Shown here piece after piece: positions 16,926 to 26,984 of a DNA stretch of 54,063 nt. The stretch lies in the IMG/VR virus record IMGVR_UViG_3300042923_000886, positions 1 through 54,063 of that record, one strand, 5' to 3'. The stretch comes from a virus. Its lineage: Duplodnaviria; Caudoviricetes. Position numbers and translations under genes: made by a program. Each line of letters opens with the position of its first letter. Position 1 is the first letter of the stretch. A model generated the notes under the pieces. The model had not been told where the DNA came from. It saw nothing but the letters and a program-made list of their open reading frames with translations, and ran no database searches.

Positions 16926-17126
16926 ATGGGTGTACGAGCAAGAGGAACAGATAGCGTAAGAATAATTCAAGTCATAGAGACAAGATCTTTAAGAGGTGAT
17001 GGAACACAAGAGGATCCATGTAGAGAAGTCGCTCAGTATTGGAGCTTTGATGGCGAGTTATTAGCTGAACAAGATGGCATAAGTCATACATATTCTAGTG
17101 AAATCATGAAAGGAAGTGTATCATAG
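16926..17126 (+). CDS. Conserved small phage protein
   Basis: IIQVIET...GDGT.EDPCREV.QYWSFDGELLAE. Confidence 0.75.
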   Translation: MGVRARGTDSVRIIQVIETRSLRGDGTQEDPCREVAQYWSFDGELLAEQDGISHTYSSEIMKGSVS

Positions 17127-17127
17127 C

Positions 17128-17238
17128 ATGGCAGCAGTAACATTCATAATGGGATTGTTTGTAGGCGCCTTTATTGGAGTTGTAATAGTATCTCTCTGTG
17201 TGGCAGCAGGAAGAGGAGATAGTGATGAAGAATCCTAA
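17128..17238 (+). CDS. Small single-TM protein (DUF3789-like)
   Basis: MAAVTFIMGLFVGAFIGVVIVSLCVAAGRGDSDEES. Confidence 0.6.
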   Translation: MAAVTFIMGLFVGAFIGVVIVSLCVAAGRGDSDEES

Positions 17239-17455
17239 ATGTGAAAGATGTCCTGATGAACATACCAGAAGATGTGATACATGTGATCCAAACAAACCTA
17301 AGAATTATGATGAAATTACAATAGAGAGAGCAATAGAGTACTTTGAAGAGGAAAACGAAAGATATGAGAATATGTTAGGATATCGGGCCAATCAAGTTGA
17401 AGATTACCGGATTAACCAATTAGTGATAAAAGCATTAAAGCAGGCCACATTATGA
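17225..17455 (+). CDS. Small Cys-containing protein
   Basis: RBS GAGGAG; CERC...CDTC. Confidence 0.55.
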   Translation: MKNPKCERCPDEHTRRCDTCDPNKPKNYDEITIERAIEYFEEENERYENMLGYRANQVEDYRINQLVIKALKQATL

Positions 17456-17943
17456 AGCTTTCTGGCAGCAGGATTACAAGGAGTGATATATTGGTTGCTA
17501 AAACTGAAGATTATACAGAACAGATGAAAAGAACTGAGTTGACTAAAGAGTATTTGAATAGCTATAGAAAACTATGCAAGAAGCTTGAGTCACTGGATGA
17601 ACAGCTGAGATCAATTCGAGAGGCGAAAGAGTCAGCTAAAATTCAGACAATATCCGATATGCCTAGAGGAAGTAAACAATCTGATTTATCAGACTACATA
17701 GTGCAGCTTGATGGAGTTTATACAAAGATATTGACTCTTCGCGGTGAATGCATTAAGAGAAGGGCTGAGATTGAAGGAAAGATAGCTGATCTGTCAGATG
17801 GCATAGAGAGTATGATACTACATATGAGGTATATTGAATTTAAGCAATGGGAGACTATATGTGTAGAGATCGGTTATGAATGGGCACAAACACATAGAAA
17901 GCATTCAGAAGCTCTTAGGCATTTTAAACATGATATACAATGA
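17452..17943 (+). CDS. RinA/ArpU-like late transcription activator
   Basis: KEYLNSY, ISDMPRG, ILHMRYIE..QWE.IC.EIGY....THRKH.EAL; last early gene before packaging. Confidence 0.8.
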   Translation: MKLSGSRITRSDILVAKTEDYTEQMKRTELTKEYLNSYRKLCKKLESLDEQLRSIREAKESAKIQTISDMPRGSKQSDLSDYIVQLDGVYTKILTLRGECIKRRAEIEGKIADLSDGIESMILHMRYIEFKQWETICVEIGYEWAQTHRKHSEALRHFKHDIQ

Positions 17944-17965
17944 TACATTTGTTTGTGTTATAGTG
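17931..17965 (+). promoter_or_regulatory. Putative late promoter (TGATA direct repeat plus extended -10 TGTTATAGT)
   Basis: tgatatacaa-tgatacattt overlapping the activator stop codon. Confidence 0.5.
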
Positions 17966-18025
17966 AAGTTGTCAAAGGATATATAGTACATTCAATTGTA
18001 CTTCCTCCTATATCAGTTCCCATAT

Positions 18026-18068
18026 AAAAGGCATTCGGCTTCAGATTATTACTGGCTGAGTGCCTTTT
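18026..18068. terminator. Bidirectional-type intrinsic terminator
   Basis: AAAAGGCATTCGGC...GCTGAGTGCCTTTT. Confidence 0.6.
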
Positions 18069-18146
18069 AACAATAATTTCATAATGATTTTTTGGGTTTA
18101 GATTGTTAGTATATAAATACGACAAAACTAAATATGAGGTGGTTTT

Positions 18147-18206
18147 ATGTTTGCAGTATTAATACTTGCAATGGTTTTATTCATCGTGATTGCTATTAAA
18201 AAGTAA
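18147..18206 (+). CDS. 19-aa hydrophobic peptide (type I toxin-like)
   Basis: RBS GAGGTG; MFAVLILAMVLFIVIAIKK. Confidence 0.45.
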   Translation: MFAVLILAMVLFIVIAIKK

Positions 18207-18374
18207 TCGGGGTGGCCAACAGTCATTACGATGTTGGTTGCAGGTTAATACTAACAATATAAAACTTTATCAAAATATATTAAGCATCCTTTTGGGTGCT
18301 TTTCTCATGTCAAGAGCACGGGGAGAATTAATAATATTATTATGGTATCATCAATCCAAGAAGGAGGTGAGACC

Positions 18375-18566
18375 ATGTCGAGAGCAAATCTTATTAAGCA
18401 TTATCAGACTATGATAACGGTTACATATATTAAGATGATTGATCTTAAGAGAGTGGAATTTATGATTGGCACAGACCATATCATAAGGGATTGTATGGAT
18501 CATGTTCTGAAAGAAATGACCATATACATACGTAATTTGAAACGAGCAGAGAAAGAGTCCTATTAA
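18375..18566 (+). CDS. Hypothetical protein
   Basis: RBS AAGGAGGTGA. Confidence 0.6.
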   Translation: MSRANLIKHYQTMITVTYIKMIDLKRVEFMIGTDHIIRDCMDHVLKEMTIYIRNLKRAEKESY

Positions 18567-18604
18567 GGGTTCTTTTCTTATATTCAAAACAATTCAATAA
18601 GCAG

Positions 18605-18928
18605 GTGGTGACAATGGCTCGAGAATTTGCCAAACCGTTTTATAATAGTGCGGCATGGAAAAGAGTAAGAAAGTCTTTCATTGCTAACAGAGTAAGCATA
18701 GACGGTGGTATGTGTCAGATGTGCCACGAAGAGTTAGGATATATAGTGGATCATATAGTAGAACTTACACCAGAGAATATAAATGATCCGAACATAACAT
18801 TGCATTGGAGTAACTTTCAATACCTAGGATTAAAATGTCATAACAGAAAGACATTTGGAAAGAAAGAAGAGAATAGATATTATTTTGATAGTGACGGAGT
18901 TATACAGGAACTCCCCCCTATCGAATGA
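18605..18928 (+). CDS. Terminase-associated HNH endonuclease
   Basis: FYNSAAWKRVR, CQMC, VDHIVEL, CHNRKT. Confidence 0.9.
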   Translation: MVTMAREFAKPFYNSAAWKRVRKSFIANRVSIDGGMCQMCHEELGYIVDHIVELTPENINDPNITLHWSNFQYLGLKCHNRKTFGKKEENRYYFDSDGVIQELPPIE

Positions 18929-18997
18929 TGGTCAATTCTATTTTAAAAGACCGAGGTTGGAGTACTATGTAACACACAGGTCATACATTAAGGGGGT

Positions 18998-19435
18998 GTG
19001 GTATCAATGAACAAATGGGATGAAATCGAAGATGAGCTCGAAAGAGAAGAGAAAGTTGACAGTATTAAGAGTTATATAGACAAAGTTGACAGGATTAAGA
19101 AAGAGGTGTCCAGACTTAGGAGATTATTCTCGAAGATAGATAAAAATAAAAAGTCATTGGTATTCACCACAATTGATGATATAGCCTTTATGACAATCAC
19201 GATGCAAGACTTAAGAGAGCAGATCATCCGGGAAGGCACGACAGCTAAATATAAAAATGGTGAAAATCAATGGGGCACGAAACAGAGTCCAGATGCCCAG
19301 CTGTACCTGCAACTCTCTCAAAAGCAGACGCAGGCAATGAAAATATTAATTGACTGTTTACCAAAGACTGATAAGCCGGTAGAAAAGGACGATGGATTTG
19401 ATAAATTTGTATCGGAGCGGAGTGATCTGATGTGA
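18998..19435 (+). CDS. terS: Terminase small subunit (P27-like)
   Basis: YKNGENQWG.KQSP, DDGFDKF; position. Confidence 0.85.
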   Translation: MVSMNKWDEIEDELEREEKVDSIKSYIDKVDRIKKEVSRLRRLFSKIDKNKKSLVFTTIDDIAFMTITMQDLREQIIREGTTAKYKNGENQWGTKQSPDAQLYLQLSQKQTQAMKILIDCLPKTDKPVEKDDGFDKFVSERSDLM

Positions 19436-21111
19436 AAAGATATCCACTTGCATATAACCCAATACTCGATTATTGGGGACAGATCGAGCGCAAAGAGGTA
19501 ATTGTCGGGGATAAGATCTACCAAACATATAAATATCTAGCATGGAAAGTGGAAAACCCAGGACAGTATTTTTATTCTTCTGCAAGGGCCAACCACTTTT
19601 TTGAGTTCGCCGAGAACTACTGCAGACTTTCTCAAGGTAAAAAAGGTTTTCAATTAGTCGAATTAGAGTTATGGGAAAAAGCCTTCCTTGGTGCGACCTT
19701 CGGTTTTATTGATGAAGACGGAATCAGACAATACCAAGAAGTATGTCTGATTATCGGTAAGAAAAACGGAAAGTCATTAATTGCCTCACTGGTTGGTAAC
19801 TATATGCTATCAGCCGATGGAGAAGCCGGTCCGGAGATATATAGTGTAGCCACAAAGAAAGACCAGGCTAAAAAGATCTGGATGCCGGCCAAGTTAATGG
19901 TAAAGCAATCACCTACGCTGAGGAAAAGGATTAAACCACTGGTATCAAGTTTATATTGTGAGTTTAATTTTGGCGAATTCAAATATCTTTCTTCTGATGC
20001 GGATACACTTGATGGATTAAACATCCATTGTGTTTTAATGGACGAGTTGCAGCAGTGGAAGAACGGCAGAGCATTATATAATATCATGTCAGATGGTATG
20101 TCGGCCAGAGAACAACCTCTTTGTTTAATTACAACCACAGCCGGTACCATTAGAGAAGACATCTATGATGAAAAGTACGATGAGTATTCAAAGATTATCA
20201 GAGGGTATCAAGACGGATCCTACGTAGACGAGCGTCGTATTGGATTTATATATGAACTAGACAACCGGGATGAGTGGAAAGAGGAAAAGTGCTGGCAGAA
20301 AGCTAACCCAGGCATAGGAACAATAAAGTCTATTATAGACCTTAGGCAAAAAGTTGAAAGAGCCAAGAAAAATCCATCTCTGGTTAAGAACCTTCTCTGC
20401 AAAGAGTTTAATATCAGAGAAACCTCAGAGCAAGCATGGCTAAATCTCGATACCATTGAGAATAAGAGCACTTACAATATTGCAGAGCTTAAACCAAGAT
20501 ATGCCATCGGTGGACTAGATCTCTCTGACACAACTGATTTAACATGTGCAACAGCTCTGTTTAAAATACCGGGTGATGATAATATATATGTAAAGCAGAT
20601 GTACTGGATCCCGGCTGATAGATTAGAGGAGCATGTTAAAACAGACCGCGTTCCTTATGATATTTGGTTAGATAATGAATGGCTGAGATTATGTGAAGGT
20701 AATCGAATAAATTATCACGATGTAATGGATTGGTTTAACGAAATTAGAGATAAAGACGATATTTATTTTTATAAAATCGGATATGACTCTTGGAATGCAA
20801 AATACATTGTAGATGAAATTGAATCGCTTGTAGGTAAGCAAGGCACCATTCCGGTAATACAGGGACCTAAAACATTTTCGGGTCCGTTAAAATCCATGGA
20901 GTCAGAACTTAAAGCTAAGAAAGTTATCTACCAGAACAATCCAATCCTTAGGTGGTGTCTCACAAATGCCAAAATCAATATTGATAGAAATGATAATTGG
21001 TCACTTGTAAAAACTTCTAATGCTACAAAACGAATTGATGGTGTGGCATCCTTAATGGATGCTTTTATTGTGTATGAAAATAATAAAGAAGAATACCAAA
21101 ACATGATTTAG
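19432..21111 (+). CDS. terL: Terminase large subunit
   Basis: GKKNGKS, MDE, GLDLS.TTDLT, RIDGVASL. Confidence 0.95.
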   Translation: MKRYPLAYNPILDYWGQIERKEVIVGDKIYQTYKYLAWKVENPGQYFYSSARANHFFEFAENYCRLSQGKKGFQLVELELWEKAFLGATFGFIDEDGIRQYQEVCLIIGKKNGKSLIASLVGNYMLSADGEAGPEIYSVATKKDQAKKIWMPAKLMVKQSPTLRKRIKPLVSSLYCEFNFGEFKYLSSDADTLDGLNIHCVLMDELQQWKNGRALYNIMSDGMSAREQPLCLITTTAGTIREDIYDEKYDEYSKIIRGYQDGSYVDERRIGFIYELDNRDEWKEEKCWQKANPGIGTIKSIIDLRQKVERAKKNPSLVKNLLCKEFNIRETSEQAWLNLDTIENKSTYNIAELKPRYAIGGLDLSDTTDLTCATALFKIPGDDNIYVKQMYWIPADRLEEHVKTDRVPYDIWLDNEWLRLCEGNRINYHDVMDWFNEIRDKDDIYFYKIGYDSWNAKYIVDEIESLVGKQGTIPVIQGPKTFSGPLKSMESELKAKKVIYQNNPILRWCLTNAKINIDRNDNWSLVKTSNATKRIDGVASLMDAFIVYENNKEEYQNMI

Positions 21112-21127
21112 AAAGGAGGTTGAGAAA

Positions 21128-22279
21128 GTGGGCTTATTTAAAAAGCACGACCAGACCATCACAATATCAAAATATAAATTGATAACTGATGAAGGAAATG
21201 GTTTTTATTCGTGGAACGGGACTTTGTATAAGTCTGATATCGTAAGAGCTGCCATAAGACCAAAAGCAAGAGCAATCGGGAAAGCGGTTGGAAAGCATAT
21301 AAGAGAAACGATCAAGGACAATGTAAAGGATACAAAGGTTAATCCGGATGCCTACATGAAGTTTTTATTAGAAGAACCTAATCCATATATGACGGGCCAG
21401 ATGCTTCAAGAAAAGCTTGCGGTTCATCTTGAGATTAATAACAATGCATTTGCGTGGATCAACCGTAACAACGATGGATATCCGATGGAGATCTATCCAA
21501 TAACTGCAGTAGCTGTAAATGCCATCCAGAACGATACCGGAGAGCTGTTTTTGAAGTTCAATCTCAAGACAGGTAAGGTTGTTACCTTCAAGTATACAGA
21601 CATCATCCACTTGAGAAAAGATTTTAACTCGAATGAAATATTTGGAGATTCGCCTACAGAGGTATTACTTCCACTGATGGAAGTGATAACTACATCTGAT
21701 CAGGGTATTGTAAAAGCTATAAAAAATTCAAGTATTATACGATGGTTGTTGAAATACAATCAGAACTTGAGGCCAGAAGATATTAAGAAAAATGCCAAGG
21801 AGTTCGCTGATAGTTTTCTAAACACAGAGACTTCTGAATCGGTGGGAGTAGCAGGAGTTGACTCAAAAGCGGATGCTATTCAAGTGGAGCCAAAGGACTA
21901 TGTTCCAAATGCTACTCAAATGGATAGGACAGTACAAAGAATTTACTCATTTTTCAACACCAACGACAAGATAGTTCAGGGTAAATATACAGAAGATGAA
22001 TGGATAAGTTACTATGAGGAAAATGTTGAGCCAGATATCATTCAACTAAGTGGGGAATACACTAGAAAGCTATTCTCAAGAAAAGAGAGAGGATTTGGCA
22101 ATAAAATTATTTTTGAGAGTGCCAATCTGACGTTTGCATCCATGCAGACAAAACTTAATCTGGTACAGTTCGTTGATAGGGCTATCATGAATCCCAATGA
22201 GGTAAGAGAAGTTCTCAACATGGCTCCTCGTGCCGGTGGAGATGATTATGTACTAAGAAAAGACACCGGAAAGGTGTAG
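21128..22279 (+). CDS. HK97-family portal protein
   Basis: LLEEPNPYMT, NNNAF, IIHLR, MNPNEVR. Confidence 0.92.
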   Translation: MGLFKKHDQTITISKYKLITDEGNGFYSWNGTLYKSDIVRAAIRPKARAIGKAVGKHIRETIKDNVKDTKVNPDAYMKFLLEEPNPYMTGQMLQEKLAVHLEINNNAFAWINRNNDGYPMEIYPITAVAVNAIQNDTGELFLKFNLKTGKVVTFKYTDIIHLRKDFNSNEIFGDSPTEVLLPLMEVITTSDQGIVKAIKNSSIIRWLLKYNQNLRPEDIKKNAKEFADSFLNTETSESVGVAGVDSKADAIQVEPKDYVPNATQMDRTVQRIYSFFNTNDKIVQGKYTEDEWISYYEENVEPDIIQLSGEYTRKLFSRKERGFGNKIIFESANLTFASMQTKLNLVQFVDRAIMNPNEVREVLNMAPRAGGDDYVLRKDTGKV

Positions 22280-22295
22280 AAAGGAGTGATAAACG

Positions 22296-22985
22296 GTGAA
22301 AAAAGTAAATGTTTATGGTGTAATCATCCCGAATGATTACAAATGGTACTTTGATTACTTCGGAGAGGACAGTACCTGTCCGAGAGACATCAATAAAGCC
22401 ATCGAAGATGCAATAGGAGACGATCTAGAAGTATATATTAACTCTCCTGGCGGTATTATCGAAGCAGGATCCGAGATCTACACAATGCTTCGCAGTTATA
22501 AAGGCAATGTAAAAATTTACATAGTCGGAGAAGCTTGTAGTGCAGCATCTATTATTGCTATGGCAAGATATTGCGAAATGTCACCGACCGCACTGATGAT
22601 GGCACATTGCGTATCTTCCGGTGTACAGGGAAATCATAGCGCTATGGAAAAAATGGCAGACGTTTTAAAGACCGCAGATGATGCTTTGTCAAATGCTTAT
22701 ATGGCTAAAAGCGGAATGAGCAAAGAGGAAGTACTTGCTATGATGGAAGTTGAAACATGGCTGACCGCTCAGAAGGCAAAGGAAAAAGGATTGATCGATG
22801 GTATCATGTTTGAACAGAATGAACCATTAAGGCTTACGGCAAGCAATTTCAAATTGCCAAGTGAGGATCAGTTGAACAAGGTTAAATCTATGATTGAAAT
22901 GCAGGGACTTGAAAACAAGGATCCTGCTTTTTTAATACAACAAACACAATTAAATTTTCTTAAATTGAAGGGAGAAAAAATATGA
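22296..22985 (+). CDS. ClpP-like prohead protease
   Basis: INSPGG, ACSAAS, MAH, ETWLTA. Confidence 0.92.
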   Translation: MKKVNVYGVIIPNDYKWYFDYFGEDSTCPRDINKAIEDAIGDDLEVYINSPGGIIEAGSEIYTMLRSYKGNVKIYIVGEACSAASIIAMARYCEMSPTALMMAHCVSSGVQGNHSAMEKMADVLKTADDALSNAYMAKSGMSKEEVLAMMEVETWLTAQKAKEKGLIDGIMFEQNEPLRLTASNFKLPSEDQLNKVKSMIEMQGLENKDPAFLIQQTQLNFLKLKGEKI

Positions 22986-24241
22986 ACAGAGATCAGTATT
23001 TAGCACAGAGAAAAACCTTGATGGATGAAGCAGAGTCTTTAATCAAAGAAGGTAAGACGGATGAGGCCAACAAGAAAATGGAGGCTGTTAAGGACTTGGA
23101 TACTAAGTGGGATGAGATTGCTTTAGCGAATGCAAATATGGAAGCGTTAAAAGGCAAAGCATCCGCAACCAATATGGAGGACCATTCCGTAGCAGTTACA
23201 GGGAAAGTCGTAGGAAGTACAGCTGAGGGCACTGCCGTAGATGAGAAAAAGGCTTATGAGAACGCATGGGCTAAGACTATGCAGGGAAAGAAGCTGGATG
23301 CTAAGGAACAGGAAGTATTTGACCGAGTGAATACAGAGTTTAGTAATGCCTATACTCACACCACGGAGAACACATCGGTATTAATTCCGGAAAGTGTAGT
23401 AGCAGGGATCTGGAAGAGAGCTACCGAGATGTATCCTATGCTTGCAGCTGCAAAGAAGTTCAATGTAAAAGGCACTTTGACAATGAAGAAACACACAGCG
23501 ATTGCTGCTGGTGATGCTACATGGTACGATGAGGCAACAGCTACTGCAGACGAGCAGAACACCTTTGGTGAGATTAGTTTAACCGGATGCGAGCTATCTA
23601 AGTCTGTCACAGTATCTTGGAAACTCAGAGCTATGGCAACCGAGGAATTTATTCCGTTTATCATCAATGAACTTGGAGAGAGAGTTGGTGCGGTTCTTGG
23701 CGCATCTATGGCGACCGGTAAGGGTAAGCCTGGCGAAGGTGATACCTTTAAAGCACAGCCGCAGGGAATCGAGACAGCATTACTTGCAGAAGCAACCACT
23801 CCTCAGGTTGTATCTTACGATCCGGAAGCAACAACTGCTGATCCGCTTGCTTACGAGGACTTTACTACAGCTATCAGCAAAATCCACTCTTCCTATCTCT
23901 CCGGCGCAGTTGTATATGCGAATAATGCGACTATCTGGACTCAGATTGCTACTCTTAAGGATGAGAATGGAAGACCGTACTTCATTCCTGATGTTACCGG
24001 AGGCGGTGTAGGTAGAATTTTCGGGTTTGTTGTTAAGCCTGATGCAGGTGTTACCGATGGTTCCATCATAATCGGTAATGTAAATGCTGGCTACATCATG
24101 AACACCAGTGAGCCGATGAGTGTAGCTACAGAGGAGCATGTAAAACTTAGAACAGTTGATTATGCAGCCTATACAATCGTTGACGGAGCAGTGTTAGATA
24201 CCAAGGCATTCGCATTGATCCGTAATACACCTGCAGCTTAG
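22982..24241 (+). CDS. HK97-fold major capsid protein
   Basis: N-terminal coiled-coil delta domain, LIPE, G.G...PQGI, LKDENGRPYF. Confidence 0.92.
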   Translation: MNRDQYLAQRKTLMDEAESLIKEGKTDEANKKMEAVKDLDTKWDEIALANANMEALKGKASATNMEDHSVAVTGKVVGSTAEGTAVDEKKAYENAWAKTMQGKKLDAKEQEVFDRVNTEFSNAYTHTTENTSVLIPESVVAGIWKRATEMYPMLAAAKKFNVKGTLTMKKHTAIAAGDATWYDEATATADEQNTFGEISLTGCELSKSVTVSWKLRAMATEEFIPFIINELGERVGAVLGASMATGKGKPGEGDTFKAQPQGIETALLAEATTPQVVSYDPEATTADPLAYEDFTTAISKIHSSYLSGAVVYANNATIWTQIATLKDENGRPYFIPDVTGGGVGRIFGFVVKPDAGVTDGSIIIGNVNAGYIMNTSEPMSVATEEHVKLRTVDYAAYTIVDGAVLDTKAFALIRNTPAA

Positions 24242-24251
24242 GAGGTAGCTT

Positions 24252-24485
24252 ATGAAGGTTAGGGCATTGATTATGTTCAATGACCTCAAAGCTAAAAAGC
24301 TCCGTAAAGAGAATGAATTATTTGAAGTCTCTTCAGATAGGGCCAGTGAATTAAACGCTGGCCCTCATGGAGTTTTAGTCGAGATCATTGACAAAGTAGA
24401 TATTCCGGTAAAACCGGAGACTAAGCCAACCATGAAAGGCGGTGGCGCAGGTGTTAGAAAAAATAAAAATAGCTCTAAGAATTAA
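24252..24485 (+). CDS. Small head-associated protein
   Basis: MKVRALIMFNDL...FEVS.DRA.EL directly after capsid. Confidence 0.65.
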   Translation: MKVRALIMFNDLKAKKLRKENELFEVSSDRASELNAGPHGVLVEIIDKVDIPVKPETKPTMKGGGAGVRKNKNSSKN

Positions 24486-24729
24486 GAATACAGCTTTCGA
24501 CACTGAGATTGCTGATTTAATTGCGTCAGCAAAGTCGGATTTGATTTTATCCGGAGTATTAGAGGATAAAGTAACCGATACTGATTCGTTAATTATTCAA
24601 GCTGTCAAGCTCTATGCAAAAGCTCATTTCGGAATAGATAATACAGACAGCGAAAAGTACCAATCGAGATACGATAGTCTTAAAGCTCATCTTTGCTTAT
24701 CTGCAAAGTATACAGAGGCGGTGGTGTAA
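24451..24729 (+). CDS. Head-tail connector (gp6-like)
   Basis: LEKIKIALRI...FD.EI.DLI.SA...AVKLY.KAHFG. Confidence 0.85.
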   Translation: MLEKIKIALRIKNTAFDTEIADLIASAKSDLILSGVLEDKVTDTDSLIIQAVKLYAKAHFGIDNTDSEKYQSRYDSLKAHLCLSAKYTEAVV

Positions 24730-25034
24730 TGTTTAAAGATATTATAAGTCTTATTTACTACACAGTCGTTGGAACTACTACACAGGAGAACTTCGTCGAG
24801 GTATTTGCAAGTAAAGAATCGATCACTAGACAAGAATTTTATGTATCTTACCAGACTGGGTTGAAACCTTCAATTATGTTTAAAGTGAGATCAGAAGATT
24901 TTGAAATGACTAAGAATATCAATCCATCCACCAAGAGAGAGCAGAGTGCTACTAAGGTTCTTAATAATGGTGCTAAGTATGATATCGTAAGGATTTTTGA
25001 AAAAGGTGATTATGTTGAAATAATCTGCAGTTAG
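24729..25034 (+). CDS. Head closure protein
   Basis: VFA...SITRQEFY...GLKP; position. Confidence 0.8.
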   Translation: MFKDIISLIYYTVVGTTTQENFVEVFASKESITRQEFYVSYQTGLKPSIMFKVRSEDFEMTKNINPSTKREQSATKVLNNGAKYDIVRIFEKGDYVEIICS

Positions 25035-25463
25035 GTGATGCTAATGAATATTACATTTGATTACGAAGAAGCTTTTTTTAGTATCGAAAAAGAGATAGGA
25101 CGTATTCCGAATGATATCAGATCACGAAGCAAAGAAATCATGAAGAATACTGCGAACATCGTTAAAAAGAATGTGGTAAGTAATTTATCCGCATTAGGTA
25201 AAAGCGAAGCAACATCAAATTATGATGGGAGCACACCTTACATACATATGAAGAACGATGTCAAGACATCGGTGAAAGATGATAATCAAGGAACGGTATA
25301 TGCAGTTATTAAAGGTGGTAAATATACCGGATATAAGTGGCACCTATTAAATAATGGTACGGTGAATTCTAGGGCTACTCACTTTGTCGATAATGCTCTG
25401 AAGCAATCAGAAGGAGAATTTGAAGTTATGGTGGATGTCATGATAAGGGAGGCGGTTCAGTAG
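25035..25463 (+). CDS. HK97 gp10-like tail completion protein
   Basis: WHLLNNGT...ATHFV; position. Confidence 0.75.
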   Translation: MMLMNITFDYEEAFFSIEKEIGRIPNDIRSRSKEIMKNTANIVKKNVVSNLSALGKSEATSNYDGSTPYIHMKNDVKTSVKDDNQGTVYAVIKGGKYTGYKWHLLNNGTVNSRATHFVDNALKQSEGEFEVMVDVMIREAVQ

Positions 25464-25804
25464 TGGAAGATGAGTTAAAAGCCTTGTTAGATAGTGTTTC
25501 GTTGATCCCTGTGCTTCCGGATGGGGTACCTGACGTCATTCCATGCGTTACATTTCATTTTTTTTCGGAGAACGGAGCTCTGTTTGGAGCTGGAAAAGCT
25601 ACGGAAGAGACAGCATCATGTCAAATTGACATCTGGTATTCAGAAAAATCCGCTGAAATTAAGAGTACAATCAGTAGCATTAAGAATTTAATAAAGAATA
25701 AAAGAACCTATTCGTATCCGGTGAAAGGCTATATCTATGAGGCTGGTAGCAGGATACATCATACATATTTTACATTTGAAATTATAAATGAAAGTGAGGT
25801 ATAA
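25463..25804 (+). CDS. Tail terminator
   Basis: PCVTF, QIDIWY; precedes major tail protein. Confidence 0.75.
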   Translation: MEDELKALLDSVSLIPVLPDGVPDVIPCVTFHFFSENGALFGAGKATEETASCQIDIWYSEKSAEIKSTISSIKNLIKNKRTYSYPVKGYIYEAGSRIHHTYFTFEIINESEV

Positions 25805-25806
25805 AC

Positions 25807-26394
25807 ATGCCAAATAGTGTAAAAGCAAACGTTTTTAATGTAAAACGCATCGTATATACAGTGATCTCTAAGGATGACTCTACTGCCTTTAACTTTGGAC
25901 CTATTAAGGCTTTTGGTGCTCCAATGCAAGTGCAGTTAACTCCTTCTTACGCGAGTGGTACATTATACGGCGGTGGTGTTAAGACGGAAGACATGAGTAA
26001 AATCACCGGTGTTGCATTAAAGGCTGATGTTAATAAAGTCCCGATCGAGGTTAGAGCTGAGATTTATGGACATGAATACACGGCCGGTGAATTGATAACA
26101 CATAAGGATGATCAACCGAAAGAGATTGCAATTGGATATGAGATGGAGTCTACTGGGGATAATCAGGAGTTTGTATGGTTGTTTAAGGGGAAGGCAAAAC
26201 CTTTCGCTAAGACGGTACAGCAGACTACGGATAATATCAATTTTTCAACTGATAGCATAGAGATTGGTTTTATTCCGAGAGAACATGACGGTGAACTTAA
26301 GAGGGATGCTGATACTGCTAATCCTGAATTTACTTCAGCTGTTGCAGCTGTTTATCTGGATACTGTTCCTGGTGGAACTCTAGTAGCGGTTTAA
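25807..26394 (+). CDS. Major tail protein (phi13-like)
   Basis: AIGYE...FVWLFKGK...QTTDNINFST. Confidence 0.88.
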   Translation: MPNSVKANVFNVKRIVYTVISKDDSTAFNFGPIKAFGAPMQVQLTPSYASGTLYGGGVKTEDMSKITGVALKADVNKVPIEVRAEIYGHEYTAGELITHKDDQPKEIAIGYEMESTGDNQEFVWLFKGKAKPFAKTVQQTTDNINFSTDSIEIGFIPREHDGELKRDADTANPEFTSAVAAVYLDTVPGGTLVAV

Positions 26395-26405
26395 GAGGTG
26401 AATAT

Positions 26406-26777
26406 ATGAAGAAAACGATTAGTGTAAAACCGGTTACAGAAATTGAATTACAGTTTGAAGATGGAAATAGCCTTGACATTCGTTTTGATGCCGAGGCTAT
26501 TTCAAATTTTTCTGAATTAGATGGTGGCTTGACAGCTTTTATCAATGAGGATAAGCTCCCGGAACGGTGTGCAAAAATCATCTTCGTTGGTGCAAGAGCA
26601 AGACGAGCAGACTTCACACTGGAAGAAGCAAGAGCAGTAGTATCCACAATGGCTCCTACTACAATCACCGAGATAGTATTTGAATTTAACGAAAGTATGG
26701 GCGCAACCTCAAATGGGGTGCAAAGTGAACTCCAAAAAAAGTTGATGGCACAGTACTTGGAGAAGATTATGAAATAG
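26406..26777 (+). CDS. Tail assembly chaperone (gpG)
   Basis: Between major tail and tape measure; slippery A AAA AAG at 26735-26741. Confidence 0.85.
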   Translation: MKKTISVKPVTEIELQFEDGNSLDIRFDAEAISNFSELDGGLTAFINEDKLPERCAKIIFVGARARRADFTLEEARAVVSTMAPTTITEIVFEFNESMGATSNGVQSELQKKLMAQYLEKIMK

Positions 26778-26980
26778 ATTTCGATAATCTATTCTACCTG
26801 TACTGTATTAAAATGCAAAGATCACATGATGAATTTTGGCATAGTTCAATAGCTCAAATTCTAAGGATGATTGATCTATATACAGATGATTTACAAAGAC
26901 AGGCAGCAGCATATGACACCACCGGATCTAAACCGGAGGTGAGGCATATTACAAGTATGAAAGAGATAGAAGGTTGGTGA
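26741..26980 (+). CDS. -1 frameshift extension of tail chaperone (gpGT)
   Basis: -1 frame open to TGA 26980: ...LFYLYCIKMQRSHDEFWHSSIAQI...EGW. Confidence 0.8.
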   Translation, partial: VDGTVLGEDYEIDFDNLFYLYCIKMQRSHDEFWHSSIAQILRMIDLYTDDLQRQAAAYDTTGSKPEVRHITSMKEIEGW

Positions 26981-26984
26981 TGAG

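Noticed and set aside
22993-24139. Several antisense or alternate-frame ORFs over the capsid (likewise over terminase and tape measure)
   Set aside because: Shadow ORFs from codon bias; no RBS or recognisable motifs
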